Assembly: GCA_965197745.1 (NCBI GenBank)
Contig: CBDANS010000006.1
Coordinates: 928,001 to 992,000 of the forward strand
Length of the DNA: 64,000 nt
Reading direction: 5' to 3'
From: Opitutales bacterium
GTDB taxonomy: Bacteria > Verrucomicrobiota > Verrucomicrobiia > Opitutales > PNEW01
Shown here: positions 9,755 to 19,736 of the stretch, piece by piece
Layout of the letters: every line of letters begins with the position of its first letter
Numbering within the stretch: position 1 is the stretch's first letter
Translations under genes and position numbers: made by a program
The notes under the pieces: model-generated
Seen by the model: only the letters and a program-made list of their open reading frames with translations
Database searches by the model: none
What the model was told of the DNA's origin: nothing

Positions 9755-10756
9755 ATGGGGCAATTCAAAGTAGCTTTAGTTGCACTCGATAAGAGAAGAA
9801 TAGGACTTCCGGAATGGGTGAAATCCGGCCTTGACGATAATAATATCGAATGGGTTCACCGGGAATGCACGACAAGAGAAGAATTGTCGGAGTTTGCCAG
9901 CGACGCGGATATAGTCTGGGTACACGGGGGTAGTAAAATTGTAAACGAAGATAGCATCAAAGATTTAAAACGTTGCGGAGCGATCATCCGTGCTGGCAGC
10001 GGCACCGATAACATCCCGGTTGAAGAAGCAACAAAGATGGGAATCGTTGTCGCGCACACTCCCGAAGCGACAAGAGAGGAAGTCTCAGACCACACCATCG
10101 GATTGTTACTTAACGTGGTACGACAGATTTCATTACAAGACCATGCCATTCACAATGGGATTTGGACACACGAAACAGGTAGACCACGATGCCAGATGCT
10201 CGAGCAGACCTTGGGACTTATCGGATTCGGAAACATCGCGCGTTCCGTTATCAAAAAACTAAGCGGATTTGAAATGAATTTTATTGTCTATGACAAATAT
10301 GTAAGTTCCGAGACAATTGAAGCAGCAGGAGCAATGGCGAAAGATTTGGATGAAGTAATGTCGCAAGCTGATTTCGTTTCTATTCATTGTCCCTGGACCC
10401 CTGAGACCTTTCACCTTATCGGCGAGCATGAGCTTCGCTTGATGAAACCGTCGGCAATTCTGATTAACACCTCACGAGGAAAAGTCATTGATGAGGATGC
10501 CCTGATTAAAGCCCTGCAGGAAGGTTGGTTTGACGCAGCAGGACTGGATGTCCTGAATGAAGAACCTCCCCGGCCGGATAACCCTTTATTAAAAATGGAC
10601 AATGTCGTTCTGACCCCGCATAACGGTGGTTATTCTAGTGTGTCCCAAGAAAACTTCTGGCGCTACAGTTTGGATGCAGCGATTGCTTTTTCTGAAGGTC
10701 ACTGGCCGCGCTCCTACGTCAATCATGACGTTAAACCTCGTTGGAATCTGACTTGA
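9755..10756 (+). CDS. D-isomer-specific 2-hydroxyacid dehydrogenase
   Basis: GLIGFGNIA, INTSRG, AAGLDV..EP and TPHNGG motifs. Confidence 0.9.
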   Translation: MGQFKVALVALDKRRIGLPEWVKSGLDDNNIEWVHRECTTREELSEFASDADIVWVHGGSKIVNEDSIKDLKRCGAIIRAGSGTDNIPVEEATKMGIVVAHTPEATREEVSDHTIGLLLNVVRQISLQDHAIHNGIWTHETGRPRCQMLEQTLGLIGFGNIARSVIKKLSGFEMNFIVYDKYVSSETIEAAGAMAKDLDEVMSQADFVSIHCPWTPETFHLIGEHELRLMKPSAILINTSRGKVIDEDALIKALQEGWFDAAGLDVLNEEPPRPDNPLLKMDNVVLTPHNGGYSSVSQENFWRYSLDAAIAFSEGHWPRSYVNHDVKPRWNLT

Positions 10757-10762
10757 TTTTTA

Positions 10763-11509
10763 ATGGCCCAACACAAAATTCTGGTTTTCAGCGCGCATGC
10801 CGCAGATTTTTGTTCGCGCAGCGGAGGGACGATTGCACTTCATACAGGTCACGATGATAAGGTGCACGTTATCGATCTGACTTTTGGAGAGCGTGGAGAG
10901 TCCGAGGATTACTGGCAAAGGAAGGGGAGTAAGTCGATAGATAAAGCAAAGAAAGTTCGGCGAGCTGAAGCTGAAGAAGCGGCAGCTATCCTCGGCGCAA
11001 GCATTGAGTTTATGGATTACGGGGATTACCCGTTATTTATCGATCGAGAACAATTAGATGCCCTGGCTCGCCTTATTCGTCAAATCCGTCCGGCAATTAT
11101 TATTACCCATTGGAAGTCGGATCCCACGAACGTGGATCACGAAATTACCACATCCGCTGTGATTCGCGCCTCGACCATGGCGGCGACTCCGGGTTTTGAT
11201 AACGACAAGAGTGAAGTCCTTCACTTTCCCCATCTCTTTTTTTATGAACCGACTATACCGCGGAATGACATCACCGGGTTTAACCCTGATACTTACATCG
11301 ATATAACCGCAGTATTTGAAAAGAAAATATCCGCATTAAAGGCGTTGAGATCACAGACAAAACTCCCCACCTGGTACACCCAGTGGGCCGAGTACCGAGG
11401 CGCTCAGGCGACCCAGTTGAGTGGACAACCCATAAAGTACGCGGAAGCATTCAAACGCTATACCGCATCTGTATCGACCCAACTACCGGTTTTTGATTCG
11501 TGGGAATAA
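10763..11509 (+). CDS. PIG-L family metalloenzyme, 4-oxalomesaconate hydratase (GalB)-like
   Basis: SAHAADF..GGTIALH, FGERGES, GDYP and DPTNVDH; HAADF in place of HPDD is GalB-like. Confidence 0.75.
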   Translation: MAQHKILVFSAHAADFCSRSGGTIALHTGHDDKVHVIDLTFGERGESEDYWQRKGSKSIDKAKKVRRAEAEEAAAILGASIEFMDYGDYPLFIDREQLDALARLIRQIRPAIIITHWKSDPTNVDHEITTSAVIRASTMAATPGFDNDKSEVLHFPHLFFYEPTIPRNDITGFNPDTYIDITAVFEKKISALKALRSQTKLPTWYTQWAEYRGAQATQLSGQPIKYAEAFKRYTASVSTQLPVFDSWE

Positions 11510-11579
11510 CATCATATCTTCGTCTTCGTCTCAGCTGAATATTTTATAAATATTGAGCTATAATTCTAGCATTCCAAAG

Positions 11580-11653
11580 GTGGAACGCGCTGTCCCTAGC
11601 GCGTTTATTATAAGTCATAGATAAGAGAAGAGTACTGGGGAACCAACCGTCGC
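11580..11653. repeat. REP family B copy plus truncated partner
   Basis: gtggaacgcgctgtccctagcgcgtt, then tactggggaa-ccaaccgtcgc (start of a mini-element). Confidence 0.6.
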
Positions 11654-11808
11654 AGACGTAGACGAAGCTTATTAAATAAGATTTGCGACCTAAACCTATG
11701 CCAAGTACGGACGACATAATGTTATCATAGCCAATTGGCGTCATATGTTCTAACTGTTTGGAATGAATACCCTTGTTACACGATAGAAATTTTAGCACAT
11801 TAAAATCT

Positions 11809-12984
11809 ATGGCAAAAAAAATTGGTGTTGGTGTTATCGGTATGGGCTGGATGGGGCAGGTGCATAGTCGCAGTTACAGGCAAGTTCCTGATCGTTTTCG
11901 TGAAAGCGGTATTACCCCCCGCCTGATTGTCTGTTCTGATAATGTCGAAGCTAGGGCAAAAGAAGCAAAGGAATTTTTAGGTTTTGAGAATTGGGTAACC
12001 GACTGGAAGGAAGTGGTAGCAAATCCGGAGGTTGAAGCTGTTAATATCACAACGCCCAACCACCTTCACCTTGAAATCGTGCGCGCTGCCGCCCAGGCCG
12101 AAAAGCATGTTTATTGTGAAAAGCCAGTCGGAATGAGCACGAGGGAAACCGCTGAAATCGAATCGCTTGCCCGCGAGGCAGGTATCCTTTCACTCGTCGG
12201 TTTTAATTACCGCTGGGCTCCACTCGTTCAGTATGCCCATCAATTGATAGGCGAGGGGAAATTGGGTGAGTTAACACATTATCGCGGCCGATTCTTAGTC
12301 GGCTATGCGAGTAATCCCGACGGCGGTCTCACCTGGAGATTTAAAAAAGAGTTAGCGGGATTGGGAACACTGGGTGATTTAATGTCACATGTCACCCATA
12401 TTGCGCATTTTCTTGCCGGACCAATCGCTGAAGTCATAGGTAGCGAGACGACATTCATTCCCCAACGCCCAATTGTGAAAGAGGGTGAAGGCACGCATTT
12501 TTTGGCGCGCGGTGGTGCAGAAAAAGGGGACGTCACGAACGAAGATTATGCCGGCGCGCTCGTTAAATTTGCCAATGGCGCTCACGGATCTTTTGAAGCG
12601 TGCCGGATAATCAGCGGCATGCAATGCCAGATGGCTTTTGAAGTGCATGGAACCAAAGGTGCAATAAACTGGAATTTTGAGAAAATGAATGAGATGAATG
12701 TCTTTCTGCCCGACGAGAATAACGTACACGATGGCTTCGTCACCCTCTATACGGGACCCGAGCACCCCTATCACGCCAATTTTAATCCAGGTCCAGCCAA
12801 CAGTTTGAGTTACGAAGACCTAAAGATAATTGAGTCCTATAATTTCCTTCGGTCTATCCGTGAAAATAAGCAGGCAGACCCCGGCTTCGATGCCGCACTG
12901 AGAGTCGCTGAAGTGCATGATGCCATCATTCGCTCCTGGGTTTCAAAACAATGGGAAGCTGTTAAGCTGATTAATATAGGGTAG
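11809..12984 (+). CDS. Gfo/Idh/MocA family oxidoreductase (inositol/sugar dehydrogenase-like)
   Basis: GVIGMGWMG, HVYCEKP, GFNYR and GDLMSH motifs; start moved to ATG 11809. Confidence 0.9.
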   Translation: MAKKIGVGVIGMGWMGQVHSRSYRQVPDRFRESGITPRLIVCSDNVEARAKEAKEFLGFENWVTDWKEVVANPEVEAVNITTPNHLHLEIVRAAAQAEKHVYCEKPVGMSTRETAEIESLAREAGILSLVGFNYRWAPLVQYAHQLIGEGKLGELTHYRGRFLVGYASNPDGGLTWRFKKELAGLGTLGDLMSHVTHIAHFLAGPIAEVIGSETTFIPQRPIVKEGEGTHFLARGGAEKGDVTNEDYAGALVKFANGAHGSFEACRIISGMQCQMAFEVHGTKGAINWNFEKMNEMNVFLPDENNVHDGFVTLYTGPEHPYHANFNPGPANSLSYEDLKIIESYNFLRSIRENKQADPGFDAALRVAEVHDAIIRSWVSKQWEAVKLINIG

Positions 12985-13004
12985 GGGGTAATTTTAAAAA
13001 TACC

Positions 13005-13110
13005 CGGATGCAACAAAGTGCGTCCTTCCAAAATTTAATTAATGGAGGGCCACGCGGTGCCTGTCAGCCATAGCCCCGCATCAGCGAGGGCGACGGCTGA
13101 TCTTGGCCGC
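13005..13110. repeat. REP family A pair with nested mini-element (13060-13100)
   Basis: cggatgcaacaaagtgcgtccttcca and tggagggccacgcggtg[cctgtcagcc...ggctga]tcttggccgc. Confidence 0.8.
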
Positions 13111-13211
13111 AATTATAATTAAGCACAAATTTTTCTCTGAAGAATTTATTTTTAATAAGAGGATATAAATGACTGAATAACAAACGAGAAAAGAATAAAG
13201 TTGCAGCTCTC

Positions 13212-14789
13212 TTACCCAATTAAATAGGCAGTTTTTGCCAGATTTTTTATATTAGGTTCTAATTTTTCATCGATAATATTTTGGATCCTATCCCTATCCC
13301 TAATCTCTTCATTATCTTTCTTAAAAACCAGCTCACCCGTCTCTGTCATTTGCATTAATTTATCACTGATTGCCTTCACGTCATTTTTCCCGTCGAGTAA
13401 TAGAATGATTCTTTGAATTACATAATCCAATTTCTTGGATGCATGATGCTCATTCGTCACACTCAAACCTGACCGGGCTTGAAATCGAGCAAAGAGTGAC
13501 GTAACAGGGTACTGACTTATCTTATTAACCAGTTTTATTTCGACCGTATTAAAATCAATAGCTTTTTTTATATAACACTGAACGATAAAATCGCGTAATG
13601 CATTAATATCAACAGCTGATAGTTTTTTACCCTCGTTGTCATAAAGGGATTGATTTAAAAAATCGATAATTTCACTGAATTTTACAGCACGGGGGGACAA
13701 CTCGCTTAGATATTTAAATAAAATTTTTGCTAATCTGTTCTTCAAAATTAATTTAAAATCTTTACGCCCGGTAAAAGTATATTCGTTACCCTCTTCTAAG
13801 TTAATCGTGTCAGATTCAGGTTTTAATTCAGTGTATAAATAAAATTCCTTAACTAAATCGGGGTTGATGTTTCTCTTTATTTCAACGCTTTCATGGCACA
13901 ATAATGTTTGGCGAAATTGTCGATTCCGTAAAAAATCCATATACTGCTCGGTTGCAATTATGCTCTTATCAATCTTTTTTAAAACCTTAATAGCCTTTGG
14001 GGGAAAATTACTTTTCAGCATGGATTGAAAGTCAGCTTCTCCCAAGTACTTCAATCCATGCTTGAAAGCTCTTTGGGTAAACTCATAAAAATAACAGGGC
14101 TCATTAACGCCTTCGAGCATTTCATGAATGATATAGCTGTTTGGATATTTCTTCAGCATCTCGAGTTCATTTTTTAAAAAAGACCCATAGGGGTCTTTTT
14201 CTGAAGTCACGGCTTCACTTAAAAATGCGAGCAGTGCACGCGCCTGGTTAGCTTTTTCATTAGGTTCATTTATACTGTGGGTATGAAACAACATCATGTC
14301 CCTGATCATGCTTTTCATTTTCCAGCCCGGATAGGTATTATAACTGATGTAAGCAATACCTTGTGGATTCAAACTCTGACTACAGATTTTTAATATTTTT
14401 TCTCGGACGTTTTCCGGCACCCAGGAATATGTACCATGAACGATGATGAAATCGAACTCTCCTTCTTTGTCATTTAAATCATTTATGTCAGCCTGATTTA
14501 AGGTAATATTATTAATTTTAACTGCTTCGATTATTTTTTTCCCCACTTCGATTTGATTAGACAATAAATCATAGCCGACAAATTCACTTTGAGGGAAATT
14601 AAAAGCCATCGGGATCAAATTACCCCCTTGGGCACAGCCTAACTCCAGCACGCGGCATCCGTCGACTGGAGCTGGTGACATCCCAAACAACTGTCCAATT
14701 ACCGATAATCGGTTTGGATGTGTTTGTGGGAATGAATACATTTCATACGGAACTTCGTCGTATGATATTTGATTAACTTCTCCTAACAT
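13212..14789 (-). CDS. Class I SAM methyltransferase with regulatory domain, Rickettsia PKMT-like protein-lysine methyltransferase
   Basis: SYDEVPY, VLELGCAQGGNLIP, FDFIIVHGTYSWVP, GIAYISYNTYPGW, IRDMMLFH and EQYMDFLRNRQFRQTLLCH motifs. Confidence 0.85.
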   Translation of the reverse strand: MLGEVNQISYDEVPYEMYSFPQTHPNRLSVIGQLFGMSPAPVDGCRVLELGCAQGGNLIPMAFNFPQSEFVGYDLLSNQIEVGKKIIEAVKINNITLNQADINDLNDKEGEFDFIIVHGTYSWVPENVREKILKICSQSLNPQGIAYISYNTYPGWKMKSMIRDMMLFHTHSINEPNEKANQARALLAFLSEAVTSEKDPYGSFLKNELEMLKKYPNSYIIHEMLEGVNEPCYFYEFTQRAFKHGLKYLGEADFQSMLKSNFPPKAIKVLKKIDKSIIATEQYMDFLRNRQFRQTLLCHESVEIKRNINPDLVKEFYLYTELKPESDTINLEEGNEYTFTGRKDFKLILKNRLAKILFKYLSELSPRAVKFSEIIDFLNQSLYDNEGKKLSAVDINALRDFIVQCYIKKAIDFNTVEIKLVNKISQYPVTSLFARFQARSGLSVTNEHHASKKLDYVIQRIILLLDGKNDVKAISDKLMQMTETGELVFKKDNEEIRDRDRIQNIIDEKLEPNIKNLAKTAYLIG

Positions 14790-15234
14790 TATTAATATGC
14801 ACTAATTGAAAATTTGTAGATGTCGATTTTAAAGATATACTCAAAAAATATTAGTGAATGGCATTGAGAGCGTTTTTTGAATGTCCACCTTTAACCCCAA
14901 TCTATCTTTACTGCTAATCTAAGCTTTATCGAAGTGAAGTAAGAAAGTATAGGCGAAATTATACGGTGCCAGCTGGATTATGCGTAAATGTTACATCAGT
15001 TTTGTCATAGCGAAGGAGGGTGTCGACTGCGGACTTGGGCATGATCACGAGGTCGAATGCGCCCAATGCTACCGAGTACGTAGCCCGTTGATTTACAATT
15101 CAGGGAAAAGTCTGTTGCAAAATTAACAACCTGGTTTGCCACGGTCGACTGATAGTCTCCCTCGCAACAACAAAAGTAGCATTGACTTAAATACTTCCTC
15201 TTCCTCAAGTGTAATTAAAAGCCGAGGAAATAAT

Positions 15235-16071
15235 ATGAGTGAATCAGATAAGATGGACGGGAAACGGGTATTGGTAACCGGATCGGGAACTGGCATTGGC
15301 CGGGGTGTGGCATTGGAATTTGCGAAAGCGGGCGCTGCCGTAGTGCTTCACTACGCCCATAGCGAGGAAGGGTGTCGCCGCGCTGTCGATGAAATCCAGA
15401 ATGCGGGGGGAAAAGCGGAAGCGTTCAAAGCTGATCTCGGGAATATCGATGACTGTCGAGACCTTGCTTTAAAAGCCGTTGATTTTCTGGGGGGGGTCGA
15501 TGTGCTCGTGAACAATTCAGGGATTACTATGAACAAACCTTTTCTCGAGGTAACTCCGGAACAGTTTAACACCCTTTACAATGTTAATATTAGAGGGATG
15601 TTTTTTCTCACTCAATTCACTGCTCCGGGCATGATTGAACAGGGCAAGGGCGCAGTTATCAATTTAACCTCGGTTCACGCTTATGCCGGGATGAGCGAAC
15701 ACACCGTTTACGCGGGAACGAAAGGAGCGATTGTCGCTTTTACCCGCGTTCTCGCTTTGGAGCTCGCGCAAAAAGGGGTTAGGGTGAATGCCATTGCGCC
15801 CGGTTGGATTCTTGTCGAAAACCATCTTAAAGTGCTGAAAGATTTTGATCGTGAAGAGGCTGCCGCCAGCATCCCCGCAGGGATAATTGGAGCCCCGACT
15901 GATATTGGCAAACTGGCGCTCTTTCTCGCATCTGATGACGCGCGTTACATTGTCGGCCAGACTTTCGTTATCGATGGAGGACAGCTATCGATCATGCCCT
16001 TGACCGGTGACTTCAGGGAAGAGCGAAAAGAGCAGTGGGGCCAGGGTTATGTGCCCGGACTCGATAAGTAG
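15235..16071 (+). CDS. Short-chain dehydrogenase/reductase (SDR)
   Basis: TGSGTGIG, VNNSG, YAGTK and NAIAPG; GAGG RBS upstream of ATG 15235. Confidence 0.92.
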   Translation: MSESDKMDGKRVLVTGSGTGIGRGVALEFAKAGAAVVLHYAHSEEGCRRAVDEIQNAGGKAEAFKADLGNIDDCRDLALKAVDFLGGVDVLVNNSGITMNKPFLEVTPEQFNTLYNVNIRGMFFLTQFTAPGMIEQGKGAVINLTSVHAYAGMSEHTVYAGTKGAIVAFTRVLALELAQKGVRVNAIAPGWILVENHLKVLKDFDREEAAASIPAGIIGAPTDIGKLALFLASDDARYIVGQTFVIDGGQLSIMPLTGDFREERKEQWGQGYVPGLDK

Positions 16072-16113
16072 TAGCATAGCCAACCGCCTGATTAAATTTA
16101 TTTTAAGAAAAAT

Positions 16114-16286
16114 AACCACGGATAACGCGGATTGATACGGATGTCGTGGTATGATTTATAACGTTAATAAATAAAATTAGACAATAATAAGAACATGGAT
16201 AGAGAAAGGGTTCCGTCCCTCGACCTTTTCGAATCTTATCCGTTTAATCAGCGGTTTATCCGTATAATCCGTTTTAATCCGCGGTT
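16114..16286. repeat. Inverted repeat built of (A)CGGAT/ATCCG(T) units (type often seen beside GxxExxY genes)
   Basis: aaccacggataacgcggattgatacggat versus atccgtataatccgttttaatccgcggtt between convergent genes; related half-sites near 46306 and 63192. Confidence 0.6.
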
Positions 16287-17158
16287 TATCTGTATAGTCC
16301 GTTTAATGCGCGGTCGTTTTCGAGAAAGCCCCACTCGTCGAGTGACCTTATCCAGCGCGCGCGCTTCGGATTCCCTTCAGAGTTGGCCAGCCAGCTATCT
16401 GGGTACTGGGGTCCGGGAAATTTTATTTTCTGCCTCGTCCGGCAACTCTGTTCGCGCATATTCTTTTCTGATTCCACTTCTTCAGGACTGTGAGGGTACT
16501 TGTGCCAATTAACGCTACACATGCGACGGTCTTTTGAACCGCCCCAGGTCGCATGCCAGAGACGAAAGTCAAAGGTCACCACGTCACCCGGTTCAGATTG
16601 GCAAATGTGCGCGGGGATGTCCTTTGTTTCCAGCCCCGCAGCTTTCAGGTAGGAATCCCCATCACCAACGTTAGCCCCTTTTAAACCCATACTTATTAAT
16701 TCATTGTGAAAGGGGCTCCGGTGCGAACCGGGAATAACCCGGAGGGCTCCGGTATTGCCATCGAGCGGCTGCAGATAAATGGCAAACTTCAGTCCCTGCA
16801 TGTTCATGTCCGAGACATCGGGATGCCACTCCGTGCGATCCCCGGAGAAGTGGTTGCCATTGGAAAAGATGGCCATGGCGTCCTCACCCAGCAACTGCTC
16901 CGCGGCCGAGTAGATTCGAGGGTCTTCGGGAAGTTTAGCTAAGGTCGGCGTATCCGAGCCCAGGTTGGACCAGTTATACTGACCGCGGACCCCCACGGAT
17001 TCAGAATGATGCTGCCTCGCGTTCGCGAATCCCCTCTCAAAATCTTCGTTCATGAGATCAATTTCATTGAGGGCAAATACCTTGCGGCGAAGGATAAAGC
17101 CAAAGGTTCTGAAATGTTCAATCTGGCTATCGGTTAAACGATAATTGTCTTGAATCAT
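16286..17158 (-). CDS. Phytanoyl-CoA dioxygenase (PhyH) family Fe(II)/2OG oxygenase
   Basis: WHPD, GALRVIPGSH and PGDVVTFDFRLWHA motifs. Confidence 0.88.
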   Translation of the reverse strand: MIQDNYRLTDSQIEHFRTFGFILRRKVFALNEIDLMNEDFERGFANARQHHSESVGVRGQYNWSNLGSDTPTLAKLPEDPRIYSAAEQLLGEDAMAIFSNGNHFSGDRTEWHPDVSDMNMQGLKFAIYLQPLDGNTGALRVIPGSHRSPFHNELISMGLKGANVGDGDSYLKAAGLETKDIPAHICQSEPGDVVTFDFRLWHATWGGSKDRRMCSVNWHKYPHSPEEVESEKNMREQSCRTRQKIKFPGPQYPDSWLANSEGNPKRARWIRSLDEWGFLENDRALNGLYR

Positions 17159-17263
17159 ATTAATACTGTAACCCTATTGTTCACCACCGTCAATAGGGAT
17201 GAGGATCGTGAATAGTGATACTTTGATTTAATATTCTGGGCTATAACCTTAACCTGCGAAATC

Positions 17264-18436
17264 TTATTTCCCTTGTAATCTATAACTGGCAAGTGAAAGG
17301 ACGGCGCCAAAGACGATGATAAAGCAGCCGGCTATCGCAAAGGTAAAAGATATGCCAAAATGTGCGGTCAAAGGATGTGAAACGAGCGGTGCAAAAAACA
17401 TCCCGAGAAAAAAGGATGTCATTAAACCACCGACTGCTCTTCCACGATAGGCCAAAGGGGCAACCACATTTACCCAGACATTGACATTAGGCATAAATAA
17501 TCCAAAACCCAGAGCGGAAAAAAATACCGCGCCCATCGCGACGGTAAAATTAGTCGAAAAGAAAAGAATGCAGCAACCAATCCCGATTACAATAGTACCG
17601 ATAAGTGTAATCGCGCTAAAATTTAAGTGCCTACTGACATGGCTATAGCGCAGGGAAACTAATGCGGATATACATGTCGATATCGCCATAACCAATCCCA
17701 CAATCGTGCTTCTCGTGACTCCCAACTCCACGGAATAGAGGGGAAAGAGCACACCCACCAGATAGTATGTAGCCATTGTTATTAGAGTGATGATATAAAT
17801 CAGTCCGACGAGTAATAAGGGGAATTTTTCATCTCCAGTCTCCTCATTGATCGCCTCATCAATGGGTTTGTGCTCAGGTTCAGTGAGAAAAAAGTGTCCG
17901 ACAATAAGAGCAAAAAACGCAATCGTGAAGAGGTAAAATGGCCCCCGCCAGCTGATGTCTCCGAGTATACCACTTGCCGTCAAATAAAACATGGACCCGA
18001 ACTGTATGAAGAAAGCCTGGAACCCCATAGCTCTTTTTCGTTTTTCACCCGGGTAATAATCGGCAATGAGTGTCATGCAAGGGGTAGTCACTCCAGCCAA
18101 GGCGAACCCGAGCAAGGCCCTACCCATGATAAGAGAAAGCAATGATTCAGCATAGCATCCTGTAGTGCCGGAAATTCCGAATACAAAAAGAGAAAAAAGG
18201 AGAATGCGCTTGCGACCGTAGCGGTCGACAATGAAACCGGCAAATGGAGCACACACGGAAGTAAAAATAAAGGGAATAGCTAAAAAGAGCCGGACTAAAA
18301 ATTCACCGTTGGGTTCACCCCCAAAATGAGCTTGTATTTTAGGTAATGACGGCATCACCGTTGCCCCCATCATCGCCGGCATCGTACTCGCAATTAATAA
18401 AGTTCCCAGGCGTAATTGTTCTTTATTCATGAACAA
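17264..18436 (-). CDS. MFS transporter
   Basis: About 12 hydrophobic segments; motif A GFIVDRYGRKR. Confidence 0.9.
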   Translation of the reverse strand: MFMNKEQLRLGTLLIASTMPAMMGATVMPSLPKIQAHFGGEPNGEFLVRLFLAIPFIFTSVCAPFAGFIVDRYGRKRILLFSLFVFGISGTTGCYAESLLSLIMGRALLGFALAGVTTPCMTLIADYYPGEKRKRAMGFQAFFIQFGSMFYLTASGILGDISWRGPFYLFTIAFFALIVGHFFLTEPEHKPIDEAINEETGDEKFPLLLVGLIYIITLITMATYYLVGVLFPLYSVELGVTRSTIVGLVMAISTCISALVSLRYSHVSRHLNFSAITLIGTIVIGIGCCILFFSTNFTVAMGAVFFSALGFGLFMPNVNVWVNVVAPLAYRGRAVGGLMTSFFLGMFFAPLVSHPLTAHFGISFTFAIAGCFIIVFGAVLSLASYRLQGK

Positions 18437-18562
18437 AGGGTTTTATCGTAAATTTTAAATGGGAATAGGCTATGAAATAATGAACGTGCTCAGTTCGTTC
18501 ATGGCCGATACGGTTTTCCCTCATGACGAGTATAAATATAACACGTATTCGACACAACAATG

Positions 18563-18716
18563 GTGGAACGCGGCCTGCGACGAGCTCAGTCGAATCGTGT
18601 CCCTACCGCGTCTTGTATTTAAAATAATATAATACATGAAGAAGCGTGCTGAGACCAACCGTCGTCCCGTCCCGCAGTCGCGGGAGGACTATGTCGGACA
18701 GGCAGCACGCTCCACC
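18563..18716. repeat. REP family B inverted pair, each arm carrying an inserted mini-element
   Basis: gtggaacgcgg[cctgcgacgagctcagtcgaatcg]tgtccctaccgcgt and agcgtgctgaga[ccaacc...gacagg]cagcacgctccacc, compared with empty copies at 11580 and 45359. Confidence 0.8.
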
Positions 18717-18748
18717 TTGGTCTATTATTTATAAAAAGCTTTAAGCGC

Positions 18749-19633
18749 CTACCCAGCGTACTCGTATGCCGGCACGCCACGGACATCACATTTATATTTC
18801 AGAAGAGAACCTGCCAGGGGTTGTTCGGTAAGGTCTTTGTCTTCCAGTTTATAAGTAGCCGACGTTACATAAAGCTCATCGAGATTTTCCCCGCCAAAGG
18901 CGCACGAGGTAATGCTGTTTGCGGGCACGGGAACATTGGCAATCAACTCCCCAGTTTGCGGATTGTATCGTTTGACACCCCATCCTCCAAAGACTGCGAT
19001 CCAGAGCATTCCCTCTTCATCGATCGTCATCCCATCGAAGTACCCCTCCCCTGAATTTTCAATGACAACCCGTTCGTTTTTTATATTTCCGGTATCGATA
19101 TCGTAATCCCACGCCCGGACATTGTCCAATGGCGTGTCAATGTAATACATCGTTTTATGGTCCAGACTCCAAACGATACCGTTGGAAACGGAAACCGGGG
19201 AAACTTTTTTAGAGATTGAATGATCGGTGTCCAGGCAGTAGAGCGCGCCCCTGTCTTTCTCCCCGAAAAATTCCATTGTGCCCGCCCAGAATCTACCGGC
19301 AGGATCACACTTTCCGTCGTTAAAACGGTTAGCTGGAATAAACCTTTCCGGATCGCCATAAGCTGTTACTTTTTCAGTGACGAGATCCAGGCTGGCAAAG
19401 CCATTGTGTAGTGCGAGCATCGCCCCGCCACCCGCGCGCAGAACAATTGTCCCTACAAACTGGCAGACATCGATCGTGCGGTTTTCTTTAGACTTCGGAT
19501 CATAGACATAAACATGATTGCTCATGATATCGACCCAGTAGAGTTTTTGCTCCTTGACGTCCCAGATGGATCCTTCCCCCACAAGCGCCCGTTTCTCTAC
19601 TACAACTTCCGGTTCCTCTTTATACTCTTTCAT
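18749..19633 (-). CDS. SMP-30/gluconolactonase/LRE family lactonase
   Basis: GEGSIWD, NRFNDGKCDPAGRFWAGTM, SNGIVWS, DGMTIDEEG and TSCAFGG motifs. Confidence 0.92.
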   Translation of the reverse strand: MKEYKEEPEVVVEKRALVGEGSIWDVKEQKLYWVDIMSNHVYVYDPKSKENRTIDVCQFVGTIVLRAGGGAMLALHNGFASLDLVTEKVTAYGDPERFIPANRFNDGKCDPAGRFWAGTMEFFGEKDRGALYCLDTDHSISKKVSPVSVSNGIVWSLDHKTMYYIDTPLDNVRAWDYDIDTGNIKNERVVIENSGEGYFDGMTIDEEGMLWIAVFGGWGVKRYNPQTGELIANVPVPANSITSCAFGGENLDELYVTSATYKLEDKDLTEQPLAGSLLKYKCDVRGVPAYEYAG

Positions 19634-19736
19634 TCATTTCCTCCTCTTATTTTATAAATTATGTTTCATTCGACTACCCCGTTAACGCACTATGAAATTT
19701 ACGCATCAGTGATGACAAATGAACATAAGTAGGATT

